DNA of 63,081 nucleotides, taken from a virus. Lineage: Duplodnaviria; Caudoviricetes. The stretch spans positions 1 through 63,081 of the IMG/VR virus record IMGVR_UViG_3300040810_000410. One strand, written 5' to 3'. The first letter of the stretch is position 1, and the number at the start of each line of letters is the position of its first letter. The position numbers were made by a program, and so were the translations under genes. Positions 38,629 through 48,355 of this stretch are shown here, in pieces. The notes beneath the pieces are model-generated. The model was not told the origin of the DNA. It saw only the letters and a list, made by a program, of their open reading frames with translations, and ran no database searches.

Positions 38629-38876
38629 TACATAAGTTCCTTCATTAACTCTTGGAAGCCACCAATGTGACGCTCCTCGATATCCGTAGGGCTATCCTCG
38701 CCTCGTACAAAGATCTGAGGTACCGCACGTACACCTTTCTTTACAAAGTTTTCTTGGAAGTACAGAGAGCTAGAAGCATCCATGTAAGTGTAAGGTAAAC
38801 CTTTTAGGTCTAATAATTTCTTAGCTTGCTCACAGTAAGTACAATTAGGGCTTCCATAAATAGTATATTCAATCAT
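38628..38876 (-). CDS. Glutaredoxin
   Basis: CTYC, VPQIF, HIGGF. Confidence 0.9.
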   Translation of the reverse strand: MIEYTIYGSPNCTYCEQAKKLLDLKGLPYTYMDASSSLYFQENFVKKGVRAVPQIFVRGEDSPTDIEERHIGGFQELMKELM

Positions 38877-38877
38877 A

Positions 38878-39516
38878 TTATTCTCCCATTAATTCTTTCC
38901 ATGCTACTGGGTATAACTCACGAATCTGAGCGTCTACCATAGTAGCCAGTTGTTGGATCTCAAGTTGTGCATGAGGATCCATTCGTTGTCTACAGAACCT
39001 AGCGAATGCTGCTATAGATCCTGTCCAGTACCAGTTCACCATGACACCCTGAGGTAATACAAAGCGAGCCTGTTCTTCTGCTACTCCTTGTTTCAAGAGT
39101 TCTTCATAAGCTTTTACCGCAGCTTTAACTGAGTTCCCGTAAGTAGCTAAAGCATTCAACTTATCGTAACCCTTAAGGTCTCCACCAGATCCTTGTTTCT
39201 TGTTGTCTACTTGAGATCTAAAGGTAGGATAGAAGATCTCTGGTGTATAACTAACGTAACGTCTGGACTCTTCGTTCTCCACGAATCCCACCTTATGTTT
39301 AAAACACTGCGTTCTAATTGGAATCGGGGCGGTGATACGTAAGGTGATTGCTGTGTGTGCAAAAGGAGTCCAGTGGTTATGCTTAGCAAGATAGCGTATA
39401 AGTTTAGCATCTTGTTCCTCCGTTCTATTTTCATCATCTTGATTAGCGAAGGAGACACGAGCTGCCTTCACAATTGACTGGTCATTACCCATGTGATCAA
39501 TGTATTCTACTTTCAT
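38878..39516 (-). CDS. thyX: Flavin-dependent thymidylate synthase
   Basis: AARVSF, HWTPF, NEESRRY, ARFVLPQ, HAQLEI. Confidence 0.95.
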   Translation of the reverse strand: MKVEYIDHMGNDQSIVKAARVSFANQDDENRTEEQDAKLIRYLAKHNHWTPFAHTAITLRITAPIPIRTQCFKHKVGFVENEESRRYVSYTPEIFYPTFRSQVDNKKQGSGGDLKGYDKLNALATYGNSVKAAVKAYEELLKQGVAEEQARFVLPQGVMVNWYWTGSIAAFARFCRQRMDPHAQLEIQQLATMVDAQIRELYPVAWKELMGE

Positions 39517-39675
39517 TTACTTCTCCTGACACTTCTCTCGCCAGCGTTCTGCTGATGATTTCCACTCATCTCTAGATGCTTTCATGTACTTATATTTTTC
39601 CCATGCTTCCGCTATACCTATGTATATCGCTACGGCTCCTGCGAACCCTAGACCAAATAAGAATCCTTCAATCAT
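39517..39675 (-). CDS. Small membrane protein, 52 aa (not in ORF track)
   Basis: Start overlaps the upstream stop (ATGA); N-terminal TM helix MIEGFLFGLGFAGAVAIYIG. Confidence 0.6.
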   Translation of the reverse strand: MIEGFLFGLGFAGAVAIYIGIAEAWEKYKYMKASRDEWKSSAERWREKCQEK

Positions 39676-40061
39676 ATCACTGCTCCATGTTTAACTAATA
39701 TTGACTTGAGTTCAGGTTCACTAAAGTTAGGACCTTTAAGTACCTTACCGTCTTCCCTAAAGATAGGCTCACCATCTTCCCCTAGTTTACTCATGTTAGA
39801 ACGTTGAACTTCCCTTAACAAGGCATCAATTGGGAAACCTAGGGTAACCGCTTGTTGGGCTGTAACGTAGAGGATATCAGCCAGTGCGTCAGCTATTTCA
39901 ACTATGTCTCTATTATCAATTGCTTCCTTGAGTTCCTCACGTTCCTCGTCAATCAAAGTTAATAAACGAACAGCCTCTTCTCTATTGGGTAACCTAGGTT
40001 TACTTGAGGTTGATACTTTGTACGTATGATTAAACTGTCTAACTTGTGCTTCTAAACTCAT
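39672..40061 (-). CDS. MazG-like (PRA-PH type) nucleotide pyrophosphohydrolase
   Basis: EEREEL...EIADALADILYV...EVQRSNMSK...REDGKVLKGP. Confidence 0.85.
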   Translation of the reverse strand: MSLEAQVRQFNHTYKVSTSSKPRLPNREEAVRLLTLIDEEREELKEAIDNRDIVEIADALADILYVTAQQAVTLGFPIDALLREVQRSNMSKLGEDGEPIFREDGKVLKGPNFSEPELKSILVKHGAVI

Positions 40062-40399
40062 GCAGATATCTCCTTCATGAAATCCTCAGGGTTCTCATTG
40101 TAAAAATGAATAAGGAATGTAATGTTACATCCGATGTGGTAAATATGAGGTAGACCGCTATCGCTATCTATTTCCTCACCAGACTGTAGTGCTGCTAAGT
40201 GTCGAAGCAATGCACCTTGGTATCTTGCGACAGCCTCAGGTAATTTCTTCCAACCGTGTGCTGCATACTTCTGTGCACCAAAGGTTAACACCTTAGAGAT
40301 ACTCTCTGCAACAGGTAATGGAAACAATTGCATCATTGGTTTCTCACCGTCAAACTTAGCTGCTCCTGCTGCTAAATCATCAATTACTTTATCGGTCAT
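40058..40399 (-). CDS. dATP/dGTP diphosphohydrolase-like protein (DUF5664 type)
   Basis: KFDGEKP, VLTFGAQKYAAHGW, ALLRHL, DSDSGLPH. Confidence 0.8.
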   Translation of the reverse strand: MTDKVIDDLAAGAAKFDGEKPMMQLFPLPVAESISKVLTFGAQKYAAHGWKKLPEAVARYQGALLRHLAALQSGEEIDSDSGLPHIYHIGCNITFLIHFYNENPEDFMKEISA

Positions 40400-40848
40400 G
40401 CGTCCTCCTTAAAGAACTTAGGGAACAACTTCTTAATGCGTCGTTTCCATTGGTTATCTGTTATTTTCTCTAGGCGTATCATAATGTATTCATCACCACG
40501 TGACACCTTATCTTTCAATGCTTCAATCTCAAAGATCTGCCTGTCATCGAAACCCATGGCTAACTGCATGGAATCTAACAGAGGTTTGAAAGCATTATCT
40601 AAATCACTTAAACTACTTGAGTAACCTACAACAAGTGACAACTTAAACTTATCCGTGTCTTTAAAGTCGTACTTATGATCCCCAAGTAAACTAAAGATGT
40701 CAGACTTGAACTCACGATATTCCTTCGTATCCTTCTTGAACTTAGCGTAATGCATCTTATTGGCCGAGAAGGGTTTCTGGTTCAGTCTGACTTCAAGTAC
40801 TATCTTACCCAAGGTTATGTACTGCCTTAACTTGATCAACAGTAACAT
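40396..40848 (-). CDS. RusA-like Holliday junction resolvase
   Basis: KPFSAN, SDLDNAFKPLLDS, FDDRQI; start uncertain. Confidence 0.8.
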   Translation of the reverse strand: MLLLIKLRQYITLGKIVLEVRLNQKPFSANKMHYAKFKKDTKEYREFKSDIFSLLGDHKYDFKDTDKFKLSLVVGYSSSLSDLDNAFKPLLDSMQLAMGFDDRQIFEIEALKDKVSRGDEYIMIRLEKITDNQWKRRIKKLFPKFFKEDA

Positions 40849-41071
40849 GTGGGTTTTCCTTAACCATCTTACGTAACTGCTTGTAACATAAACCTAAGTG
40901 AATCGTACCTGTCTCTTGGTTCTTATAGTGAGTCTTGCGACCCAACTGAGCCATCACAGATTCAGTTGTAATACTGTTGGCTTGCTCAGGGTCTACCAAA
41001 GACTTTAATAGTTCTTTCATTAATTGAATAGTCTGGTGTTTAATTAATTGTTTCTTACTTAGCTTTTGCAT
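40805..41071 (-). CDS. Hypothetical protein
   Basis: 88 aa, GGAGA RBS. Confidence 0.7.
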   Translation of the reverse strand: MQKLSKKQLIKHQTIQLMKELLKSLVDPEQANSITTESVMAQLGRKTHYKNQETGTIHLGLCYKQLRKMVKENPHVTVDQVKAVHNLG

Positions 41072-41081
41072 AAGTTTCTCC

Positions 41082-41948
41082 TTAGAATTCTAATGCTACA
41101 GGGAAGACATCAAACTCATCTAGTTCGACATCAGCCTTCTTAACTTTAACTGGGTTGTAATGAATCTTAAGATCACTCGGGGCTTCTAACAGCATAAAGA
41201 TTAGTTGATAAGTCTCGTGGAATCTATAGTCACCATAGTCTGGATCGTCTTCTTCCTCGTACATATCCTGATATAGTTCATAGATTACCTTAGCGTAATC
41301 CTCAGGATCATTCTCATCAAGTATTTTCTTAGCTCTAGCTTCACCAAACTGATGACAAGGGATCGCTCGTTTCTTAGGATCACTTGGTTTATTAGCATGG
41401 GATAGCCCAGGAATGTTATCAGTAGCCATGTCCCCTAGGATCATTTGTTTCCAAAGATTCCTGTGGGCTTTCTCTGGTGTGATAACCATGAGTTCCTTAG
41501 TATTCATATTGTAATGGTGTCCAGCGTACTGCCAGAGGTCTTTATCTTTAGTAGCGATGATCGTCTTGACCTTAGGGTTATCCTTGAAATGTTCACTCGC
41601 TATAGTTAAAGCATCATCTGCTTCCACTCCCACCATCATTTGAAATCCAAAGTGCTTCTGAAGATAGTCTCGTATCTCATCGTAGAACCGAGGTTTCTCA
41701 GCGTTTGTCTTTCGTTGTCCTTTGTAAGGTAACGTAGTTGCTACCTTTAATCTGAAGTTGCTTTTACCATCCGTAAGGAATCCTAGGTGATGGGTTGCTT
41801 TTGAACCCACTAGGATCTTACGAACGATTGTATTGACTATCTTACTGACTTGGTACCAATTTGGGTACTCCCCTTGTTTCTCCTTAGCTTCTACACAGTA
41901 GGCAGCTTCGTAAACAATAAGGTCTCCGTCAATAAGAACTAAATCCAT
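41082..41948 (-). CDS. 5'-3' exonuclease (T7 gp6 / PIN fold)
   Basis: LIDGD, NFR...YKGQR, EADD, DKDL, GDMATDNIPG. Confidence 0.9.
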   Translation of the reverse strand: MDLVLIDGDLIVYEAAYCVEAKEKQGEYPNWYQVSKIVNTIVRKILVGSKATHHLGFLTDGKSNFRLKVATTLPYKGQRKTNAEKPRFYDEIRDYLQKHFGFQMMVGVEADDALTIASEHFKDNPKVKTIIATKDKDLWQYAGHHYNMNTKELMVITPEKAHRNLWKQMILGDMATDNIPGLSHANKPSDPKKRAIPCHQFGEARAKKILDENDPEDYAKVIYELYQDMYEEEDDPDYGDYRFHETYQLIFMLLEAPSDLKIHYNPVKVKKADVELDEFDVFPVALEF

Positions 41949-42163
41949 TAAGCATCCTTATGAATATTTCTATCCAGAACACTCATGATTTTATCAGCAC
42001 CAGCTTCCATCTTCTCTAGTTTACTAGGACGATTCATTCGCTTAGTAGCACTTCGGTTTCTTGCGTAGAACTTCTTGTCACGTCGATGTTGCTCAATAAT
42101 AGGTGCAGCCATTTGACGTGCTAGTGTTTCTACTTCTGGACTTGTTGCTTCGGTCTCAATCAT
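41948..42163 (-). CDS. Hypothetical protein
   Basis: 71 aa, translationally coupled at both ends. Confidence 0.65.
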   Translation of the reverse strand: MIETEATSPEVETLARQMAAPIIEQHRRDKKFYARNRSATKRMNRPSKLEKMEAGADKIMSVLDRNIHKDA

Positions 42164-42648
42164 TAGGTATTCTCCTGTTCTATTTGTTCAACAAAATTAG
42201 CTACTGCCCTTAGTTCAGCAGAGGTAGCATCTTGTTTAATTCGATTTGCTTTCATTGAGATAACTTTGACGTTACCCTTGGTATAACCTAAGTAAGGTAT
42301 TAGTCTGTCTAGGGATGGACTATTGTCTGTCATACCCTCTGTTGAAGGTATCAAAGGAATCTTAAGTATAGGACAAAGGTTTGGAATCTGAATGTCTTCA
42401 TAATGAATATTAAACATTAGTCCTTTCTCTTTGGCTCTAGACTTAGCAGCACTTAGCATACGCTTCATGGCTAGTTCCTTTGCATCTCTAGGATTCGTAG
42501 GATCACGAACGGTCTCAGGTAACGCTGGGAGATTTCTATTCCTCTCGCATACCTTACACTCGCCTCGTGGTCTGTTATTATCATTCCTTACCCTGAAGTT
42601 GTCAAGTGTTTTCTTTTGTCCACACTTAATACATTTCTTCTTGTTCAT
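42163..42648 (-). CDS. HNH-like (homing) endonuclease
   Basis: Zinc-finger CxxC...CxxC; SPSLDRL...GYTKGNV...ANRIK. Confidence 0.8.
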   Translation of the reverse strand: MNKKKCIKCGQKKTLDNFRVRNDNNRPRGECKVCERNRNLPALPETVRDPTNPRDAKELAMKRMLSAAKSRAKEKGLMFNIHYEDIQIPNLCPILKIPLIPSTEGMTDNSPSLDRLIPYLGYTKGNVKVISMKANRIKQDATSAELRAVANFVEQIEQENT

Positions 42649-43355
42649 ACGGACTCCTCTGTTTTGTCGTCACGGAGGTGTAAGTAACGAGGGTGTCTAA
42701 ACTTACCGCCACTAGTCATCTCCATGTACTCTACTTCAATAAGGTACTTTTGGTATCCTTCGGTGAAGAACTCAGGTCGTGCATCATATCTAACCTGCCA
42801 CTTCTCTCGTTCCAGATCAGAAAACCCTGTCCCAATCTTACCGTATTTCGTAAGAAGTGCTCCCATCTTTCCCTTGTGTTTCCCTGTACCTGTTTGAAAT
42901 CCAATGACATAGACATCAGCTGTCTCCTTAGGTTTCACTCGCAACCACTTGTCACCTTGACGAAGGATTAAACCCTCGTCTCCCTTGGTGACTTGTTGTT
43001 GCAATAGCTTGTTGATTTCTTCGGCTGTCGGGTCGAGTACCTTTGGTAGCACAAGACGAGGATCCAAGGGATCCAAGCTATATACTTTATCCAAGGGTAC
43101 TGGCGAACCATTGACCGAAGAACGTACCAAGCCCATACTCGTCGACCAATCCGTGTCGAAGATTTCTGCGTCTGTGATTTCATTGGGTACTCCTTCTAAG
43201 TTATATAAAGGTTTACCATTACGAGAAATAGGATTACCATCAGAATCTCTAAGCATACGAGCACCGTCAATCTTCCGTGAGACTTCCCAAGTCCCTTTAA
43301 GGTCATTCCCTTTCCAGCTTGTTGGTTTGATTTCATTATAGTTACCTCTAGGCAT
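42645..43355 (-). CDS. Minimal ATP-dependent DNA ligase
   Basis: KIDG motif I, EGLILR, RVKP, GTGFSD, FRHPRY; TAATG-coupled to the polymerase stop. Confidence 0.88.
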   Translation of the reverse strand: MPRGNYNEIKPTSWKGNDLKGTWEVSRKIDGARMLRDSDGNPISRNGKPLYNLEGVPNEITDAEIFDTDWSTSMGLVRSSVNGSPVPLDKVYSLDPLDPRLVLPKVLDPTAEEINKLLQQQVTKGDEGLILRQGDKWLRVKPKETADVYVIGFQTGTGKHKGKMGALLTKYGKIGTGFSDLEREKWQVRYDARPEFFTEGYQKYLIEVEYMEMTSGGKFRHPRYLHLRDDKTEESV

Positions 43356-45295
43356 TAATGTGTCTCCAGCCATGTGCTCCCGTCCATCGCTTCGCCCTCA
43401 AGTAAACACTTGGAGCCTAGCTCTGCGGAGATTGTTAAGAACGCTTGCTCACATATCTCTTTGAATCGAGGTACGTGTGCTTCTAGGACTTCAAATTGTC
43501 CTTCATCATGTACATTAGCTGACGGTGCCCAATCGAGACCTTCAGCATCTGCGTGTCTAGCTACTTCAATTAACCAGTACTTCATTACGATAGCTCCCAT
43601 ACCTTGAAGCAGAGTATTAAGGGCACTATGAGGACTCCTAACACGTAGTATACGTCCATCGAATCCTTTAAGCCAGCCTCTATCCTTAGCAGCCTTTAGT
43701 ACTCCCTCACGTAGTCTCTTGAGTGCTGGTAAGCTGTTTAAGAACTTAACCTTAAGAGCCTTACCTTCCTTAGCACCACCACCGACAATCTCACCAATCT
43801 TAGCATCACCTGCTCCATAAAGGAAACCATAGATGAAAGTCTTAGCGTTGTTCCTCGTAGGTAAACCAGCAGCCATTTGATTAGCTGTGTGGATATCACC
43901 TTCAAGGAGGGTCTTGGTGTACTCATCGTCACCCATGTAATGAGCAAGTGTACGTAGTTCGAGTCCCGAGGCATCACAGCCTACAAGTCTATATCCTTTA
44001 CGAACGGTAAACAAACTACGACACCTGTCACCATAAGGACTGTGTGCTGAAGGAACCTGAGCAACATTAGGACTACTGTGAGTCATCCTGTTACTGTTGG
44101 CACCCATGGAATTCACGTAACCGTGGATCCTATAAACCCCTTGATCCTCATGCCATATAGCTTTAGCAATCCAATCTTTAACCATTGCTTCCCTCTTCTG
44201 TATAAGGAAGTATTCAGCTAATGGTTTAGCTTCTGGAATACCCGCGTCAGCCGCAAGTTGTAACGCAGCATCGTCAATGATGTAGTTACCTTTGTCAGTC
44301 TTAGATAATCCTTTGTAACCAGCACGTAATAACCTCTCAGCTATCTGTGCTCGGGAACCTAAGGAAAACTCAGGCCATTCTATGAGACTAAAGCTGCCAC
44401 TTGTATACTCTCGTGCAGGGATGAGTTCCCCTACGTCTACATCTCTATACTCAGGTGCTGGAACAGAGGTTTCCCAATCAGGAAGTTTCTTAAGTCCAAC
44501 GGAAGAGACCGTACCATCCTTCTTAACACGAGGTTGTACAACTCTGATGAACTTAGGGATTGGTTTGAATGTTTCATGTACTTCATCCTCAAGTTCAATA
44601 ACTCGTTCCACTAGTTCCGCATGTAACTTCTCAGCACCTACCATATCAAAGACAAACCCATGTTGCATCTGTCGTTGAATAAGGGTTGCTGTATTCATCT
44701 CACACATGATACTTTGGAAACTAAAGTTCTTCAAAAGAAATGTTAACTTGTGCCAAGCGTCTACGTTGACTCTAACATCCTGATCACAGTAAGACTGCAT
44801 CATTTGTGTAACCACTGAACCATTCCATCCTGCGTCAAACTTAAAGGTCCTGCCCTTAGCTTCTGCATCCTGCTTCTGCAAGAGAAGCTCCTCGTTATAA
44901 TGAGGTTGTTCAGGGTCAAACACAGGATAGTACTCAGTCTTCTTATTACCTAATCGTTGACCCCATGCATCTAGGGAATGTCCACCTTCGATATCAGGAT
45001 AGTACATTCTGGATAACCAAAGGGTATCAATGATTAGAACGTGTGGCTTGGGTTCCCAATTGAAATGCTTCTTGAGCATAGGTAAGTCAAAGCCTATTAT
45101 GTTATGACCAACAAGGACATCAAAGGTATCAAGGACTGCAAGATACTTACGTAACTCATAGTCCTCAGATTTCCATTCGTGTCTTGTGGCAGCATCAATG
45201 ATAGTCATACAGTGCATCGTAGTCATATCATTTAAGAAGCCATCGGTCTCAGCATCAAACACGCCTACCGATAGCCCTTCGATTTCCTTCCACAT
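43355..45295 (-). CDS. DNA polymerase family A with 3'-5' exonuclease
   Basis: FDAETDG and GHNIIGFD exonuclease motifs; DASGLELR, KTFIYGFLYG (T7-like Tyr), VHDE. Confidence 0.97.
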   Translation of the reverse strand: MWKEIEGLSVGVFDAETDGFLNDMTTMHCMTIIDAATRHEWKSEDYELRKYLAVLDTFDVLVGHNIIGFDLPMLKKHFNWEPKPHVLIIDTLWLSRMYYPDIEGGHSLDAWGQRLGNKKTEYYPVFDPEQPHYNEELLLQKQDAEAKGRTFKFDAGWNGSVVTQMMQSYCDQDVRVNVDAWHKLTFLLKNFSFQSIMCEMNTATLIQRQMQHGFVFDMVGAEKLHAELVERVIELEDEVHETFKPIPKFIRVVQPRVKKDGTVSSVGLKKLPDWETSVPAPEYRDVDVGELIPAREYTSGSFSLIEWPEFSLGSRAQIAERLLRAGYKGLSKTDKGNYIIDDAALQLAADAGIPEAKPLAEYFLIQKREAMVKDWIAKAIWHEDQGVYRIHGYVNSMGANSNRMTHSSPNVAQVPSAHSPYGDRCRSLFTVRKGYRLVGCDASGLELRTLAHYMGDDEYTKTLLEGDIHTANQMAAGLPTRNNAKTFIYGFLYGAGDAKIGEIVGGGAKEGKALKVKFLNSLPALKRLREGVLKAAKDRGWLKGFDGRILRVRSPHSALNTLLQGMGAIVMKYWLIEVARHADAEGLDWAPSANVHDEGQFEVLEAHVPRFKEICEQAFLTISAELGSKCLLEGEAMDGSTWLETH

Positions 45296-45304
45296 ATGTT
45301 TCTC

Positions 45305-46987
45305 CTAGAACCCTAATGGTTCATCTTCAAACTCATTATTGTCCTCAAAGAAAGTCTCAGGGTCAATAACTGTCATCCTACCAGTTTCATCGTCAAAGTA
45401 TGCATAATCACAAGGACCTGTTCGACCCGAGAATCTGCATTTAAGTACATGGAAGCTAGTAGTATTTCGTTCTTTATCTGTTTCAGCATACTTGTTCCTC
45501 GCTATAGCTATGGTTGTCATGGCAATCTGCTTCAGTGAACCTGAGCCTTTCAAATCATCTTCAGTAGGGATACGTCCCTCTTCGAATGACTTACCACCGC
45601 CACCAGTTTTCCTAAGATGAGATACAACTACAACACAGATGTTCAAACGCTTCACCATCTTAAGTAAACGGTTCATGAACTTATCCATACTCAGGTTCTC
45701 ACTACCAGCAGCACAATCGGATACTGCGATGGTAACGTGGTCTAGGAAGAATAACTTACAGTTTTCTACTGTAGCCGCATACTCAATCTTATCAAGCAGG
45801 GATTCATCTTCTACGGAACCTTCGTGATCCAAGGTGAAGTAACGCTTATCACCAAACAGTTCATCATGGATACGCTTCTCTTCTTCCTCTGGAATATTCA
45901 CGTCAGGTAGCATGATACGTTTGTTAGCATGGAGAGCCATAAGACCACCCACGTTATCTCCCGTGTCTTCCTCTAGTGAAATGTCCATTAGATTCCAATC
46001 AGTTTTCTTCATAGCTACAGTCAGTAGGTTATACTTCCATTCCCTCAAGACCTGTGTCTTACCAGAGCCAGTCCCTGCGGTGACAAGGACAATCTCTCCA
46101 AGTCTGATTCCGTAGGTCTTCTGGTTAAGTTCTGTGTACTGGGGATCAAACGGGATACTCTCCACGTCCTTCTTCGCTTTAAATTTTTCCCATGTGTCTG
46201 CGCCATTGATAATACCTCCAAGTGTATACTGTCGTGCTCTCCAGAATTCATCGACATACTTAGAACCTTTGTTAGCCTTGAGGTAATCACAAGCATCCTT
46301 ACCCTCAGTTAACTCTAGTACCTTAGCACGCCCAGGGAATAGAGGACCTACTTCTTCAACGCCCTTCCTACCATGTTCGTCTGCATCAAAGTTCAAAGTA
46401 ATACTATCGAACTCCTTTAACTGATCGAAGCAACGCTTAGCTTCCTTCTTGGCACTGTTGATACCATTGAAGATACTGAAGTGAGGATACTTGGAGCCTG
46501 TCATACGATAAGCAGCCATTGCATCATACTCTCCCTCAGTTATCGTTACGCTTCTACCTGTCTTAGGAAAGACTTGCATACCGAACAACATAGCTTGACT
46601 CATGTCACCATGGATCTTGAACATCTTCTCGGGATAATACCTTTCCTTTACTGCAACTAGGTTGCCCTGTGCATCGAACGCTGGAAACAAATGACTACCT
46701 TTAGCAGTCGTCTTAACACCAAACTTCTTGCAGGTGTCTACATCAATCCGTCGATCAGCAATAGCTTTATAATCGGCTTCATGATAGAAATCAAAATCGA
46801 AACTCATTGGTTCTCCTCTCGGTCTACGGGAAGGTTCGTACTTCCCTCCTTTCTCTGTGTTATCGTGTCCACCACACTTGTGACAGAACTTACCACCATC
46901 CTCGTACCTAACCATAGCATCGGACGAGCCACAAGACCCATCCGTTGCTGTACAAGGTAAACGATACTCTACAATCTTACCGCTCAT
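45305..46987 (-). CDS. Primase-helicase (T7 gp4-like)
   Basis: Zinc finger, TOPRIM EGEYDAMA / FDAD, Walker A AGTGSGKT, FLDH, DLKGSGSLKQ. Confidence 0.95.
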   Translation of the reverse strand: MSGKIVEYRLPCTATDGSCGSSDAMVRYEDGGKFCHKCGGHDNTEKGGKYEPSRRPRGEPMSFDFDFYHEADYKAIADRRIDVDTCKKFGVKTTAKGSHLFPAFDAQGNLVAVKERYYPEKMFKIHGDMSQAMLFGMQVFPKTGRSVTITEGEYDAMAAYRMTGSKYPHFSIFNGINSAKKEAKRCFDQLKEFDSITLNFDADEHGRKGVEEVGPLFPGRAKVLELTEGKDACDYLKANKGSKYVDEFWRARQYTLGGIINGADTWEKFKAKKDVESIPFDPQYTELNQKTYGIRLGEIVLVTAGTGSGKTQVLREWKYNLLTVAMKKTDWNLMDISLEEDTGDNVGGLMALHANKRIMLPDVNIPEEEEKRIHDELFGDKRYFTLDHEGSVEDESLLDKIEYAATVENCKLFFLDHVTIAVSDCAAGSENLSMDKFMNRLLKMVKRLNICVVVVSHLRKTGGGGKSFEEGRIPTEDDLKGSGSLKQIAMTTIAIARNKYAETDKERNTTSFHVLKCRFSGRTGPCDYAYFDDETGRMTVIDPETFFEDNNEFEDEPLGF

Positions 46988-46996
46988 TTGTTACTC

Positions 46997-48355
46997 CTAA
47001 ATAGAAGCTCGCTCCTTAACGATTCCCCAAGGATCACGCTCACGGATTCTGTCATCACCGTGGTAATAACAAACCCAGTTCTCACGTTCAACCATGGCAT
47101 TCAATACGTACTCTTCCTCGCGGTACTCAAAGCCACCAAAGGCAGTCACTAGACCACGCTTCGAAGTCTTACCACCAGCAATAGGATCCTTATACACGTC
47201 AATCCATTCACCGTTAATACGAGCTGCACTACATTTCATAGCCCAACCTAAGGTATCACGATCGATCTTCTGAAGAAGACCACCGCCCATACCGAAAGCA
47301 ATATTGTCGATTGATAATTTAGAATCAACCATACGTTGCATTATACGCACAATTGAATCTTCGTCAACCCCATCACCTTGGATTACTCGAATGTGATCAG
47401 GTAGAACTTTGAAACCTTTCTCATTGGTACGGTGTCCAAATAGTTTCATTAGTTCCTGAATGACTTGTACTGGAGTTGTCACTGGGTCACCTGAGTCTGG
47501 ACGTATAACAAGAGTGCCACCTACTTCTAATAGCAGAGGTTCTAGTTCCTTCCACATCTTTAGTGCTTCCCAAATGTTATACGAGTCGGATACACAAGCA
47601 AAGATCTTACCTTCACCACCGTTCTTTCTAATGAAAGTCTCGTACATCTTCTGCTCATTCTCACGACCCCATGAGGTTACTGTGGAATGTTCAGTAGCAG
47701 GGATACTAAAGCCAGCCATGACACCACGGTAGTTATCTCGTACATACTTGATAGCCTCTAGTGTATCAGTACCCATGAATTGAGTTAAGTGACCAGCACC
47801 ACCAGCAGCCGCTGACTCTCCAGAGGAAACACCACGTGCTCCAAAGTCATGCAGTTTGAACGGAAGTGTGCTCATGTCAGCACCAGTAATCTCCATGAAC
47901 TCAGCGATGCGAGTCTTAACATAGCGACTACGAGAGGCTACAGTACTAGGGTACCATACCATTCGTAGGAATAACGTCTCGAAGAAGGATGTTAACCAAG
48001 GATACTTAGGGTCAGTGTTGACTATTGATGCCACAGGGGTAGACGGTTCGACTACTGTTCCCTCTGGTACACCACAGACTCGCACAGGGAAACCCTTGCC
48101 ATGGTAATCTTCTAGTAAATCCCACCATTCATCATTGAAAGGTACACCGTGTTCCTCAGCAATCTCTTGTAACTCTGCGATGTTAAACGCAAATACATTA
48201 CCAGAAATCAGCTCTACGAAGTCATGAATACCTAGGACTACCACAGGATAGTTACCTTTTCTCGCTTCAATATAACTGTAGATATGCTCAGTTCCTTCTG
48301 GATACTGTTTGTAATGTGATACTTTGTAGCTATCTGCCATTAATAAAGGGTTCAT
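46997..48355 (-). CDS. nadV: Nicotinamide phosphoribosyltransferase (NAMPT)
   Basis: DSYKVSH, LHDFGARG, IPATEHS, VSDSY, IRPDSGDP, IQGDG, FGMGGGLLQ. Confidence 0.95.
   Translation of the reverse strand: MNPLLMADSYKVSHYKQYPEGTEHIYSYIEARKGNYPVVVLGIHDFVELISGNVFAFNIAELQEIAEEHGVPFNDEWWDLLEDYHGKGFPVRVCGVPEGTVVEPSTPVASIVNTDPKYPWLTSFFETLFLRMVWYPSTVASRSRYVKTRIAEFMEITGADMSTLPFKLHDFGARGVSSGESAAAGGAGHLTQFMGTDTLEAIKYVRDNYRGVMAGFSIPATEHSTVTSWGRENEQKMYETFIRKNGGEGKIFACVSDSYNIWEALKMWKELEPLLLEVGGTLVIRPDSGDPVTTPVQVIQELMKLFGHRTNEKGFKVLPDHIRVIQGDGVDEDSIVRIMQRMVDSKLSIDNIAFGMGGGLLQKIDRDTLGWAMKCSAARINGEWIDVYKDPIAGGKTSKRGLVTAFGGFEYREEEYVLNAMVERENWVCYYHGDDRIRERDPWGIVKERASI

Noticed and set aside
43355-45295. Intein, intron or DnaJ-type insertion in the DNA polymerase
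   Set aside because: The ORF is continuous and of normal length, with no CxxCxGxG repeats or splice motifs.
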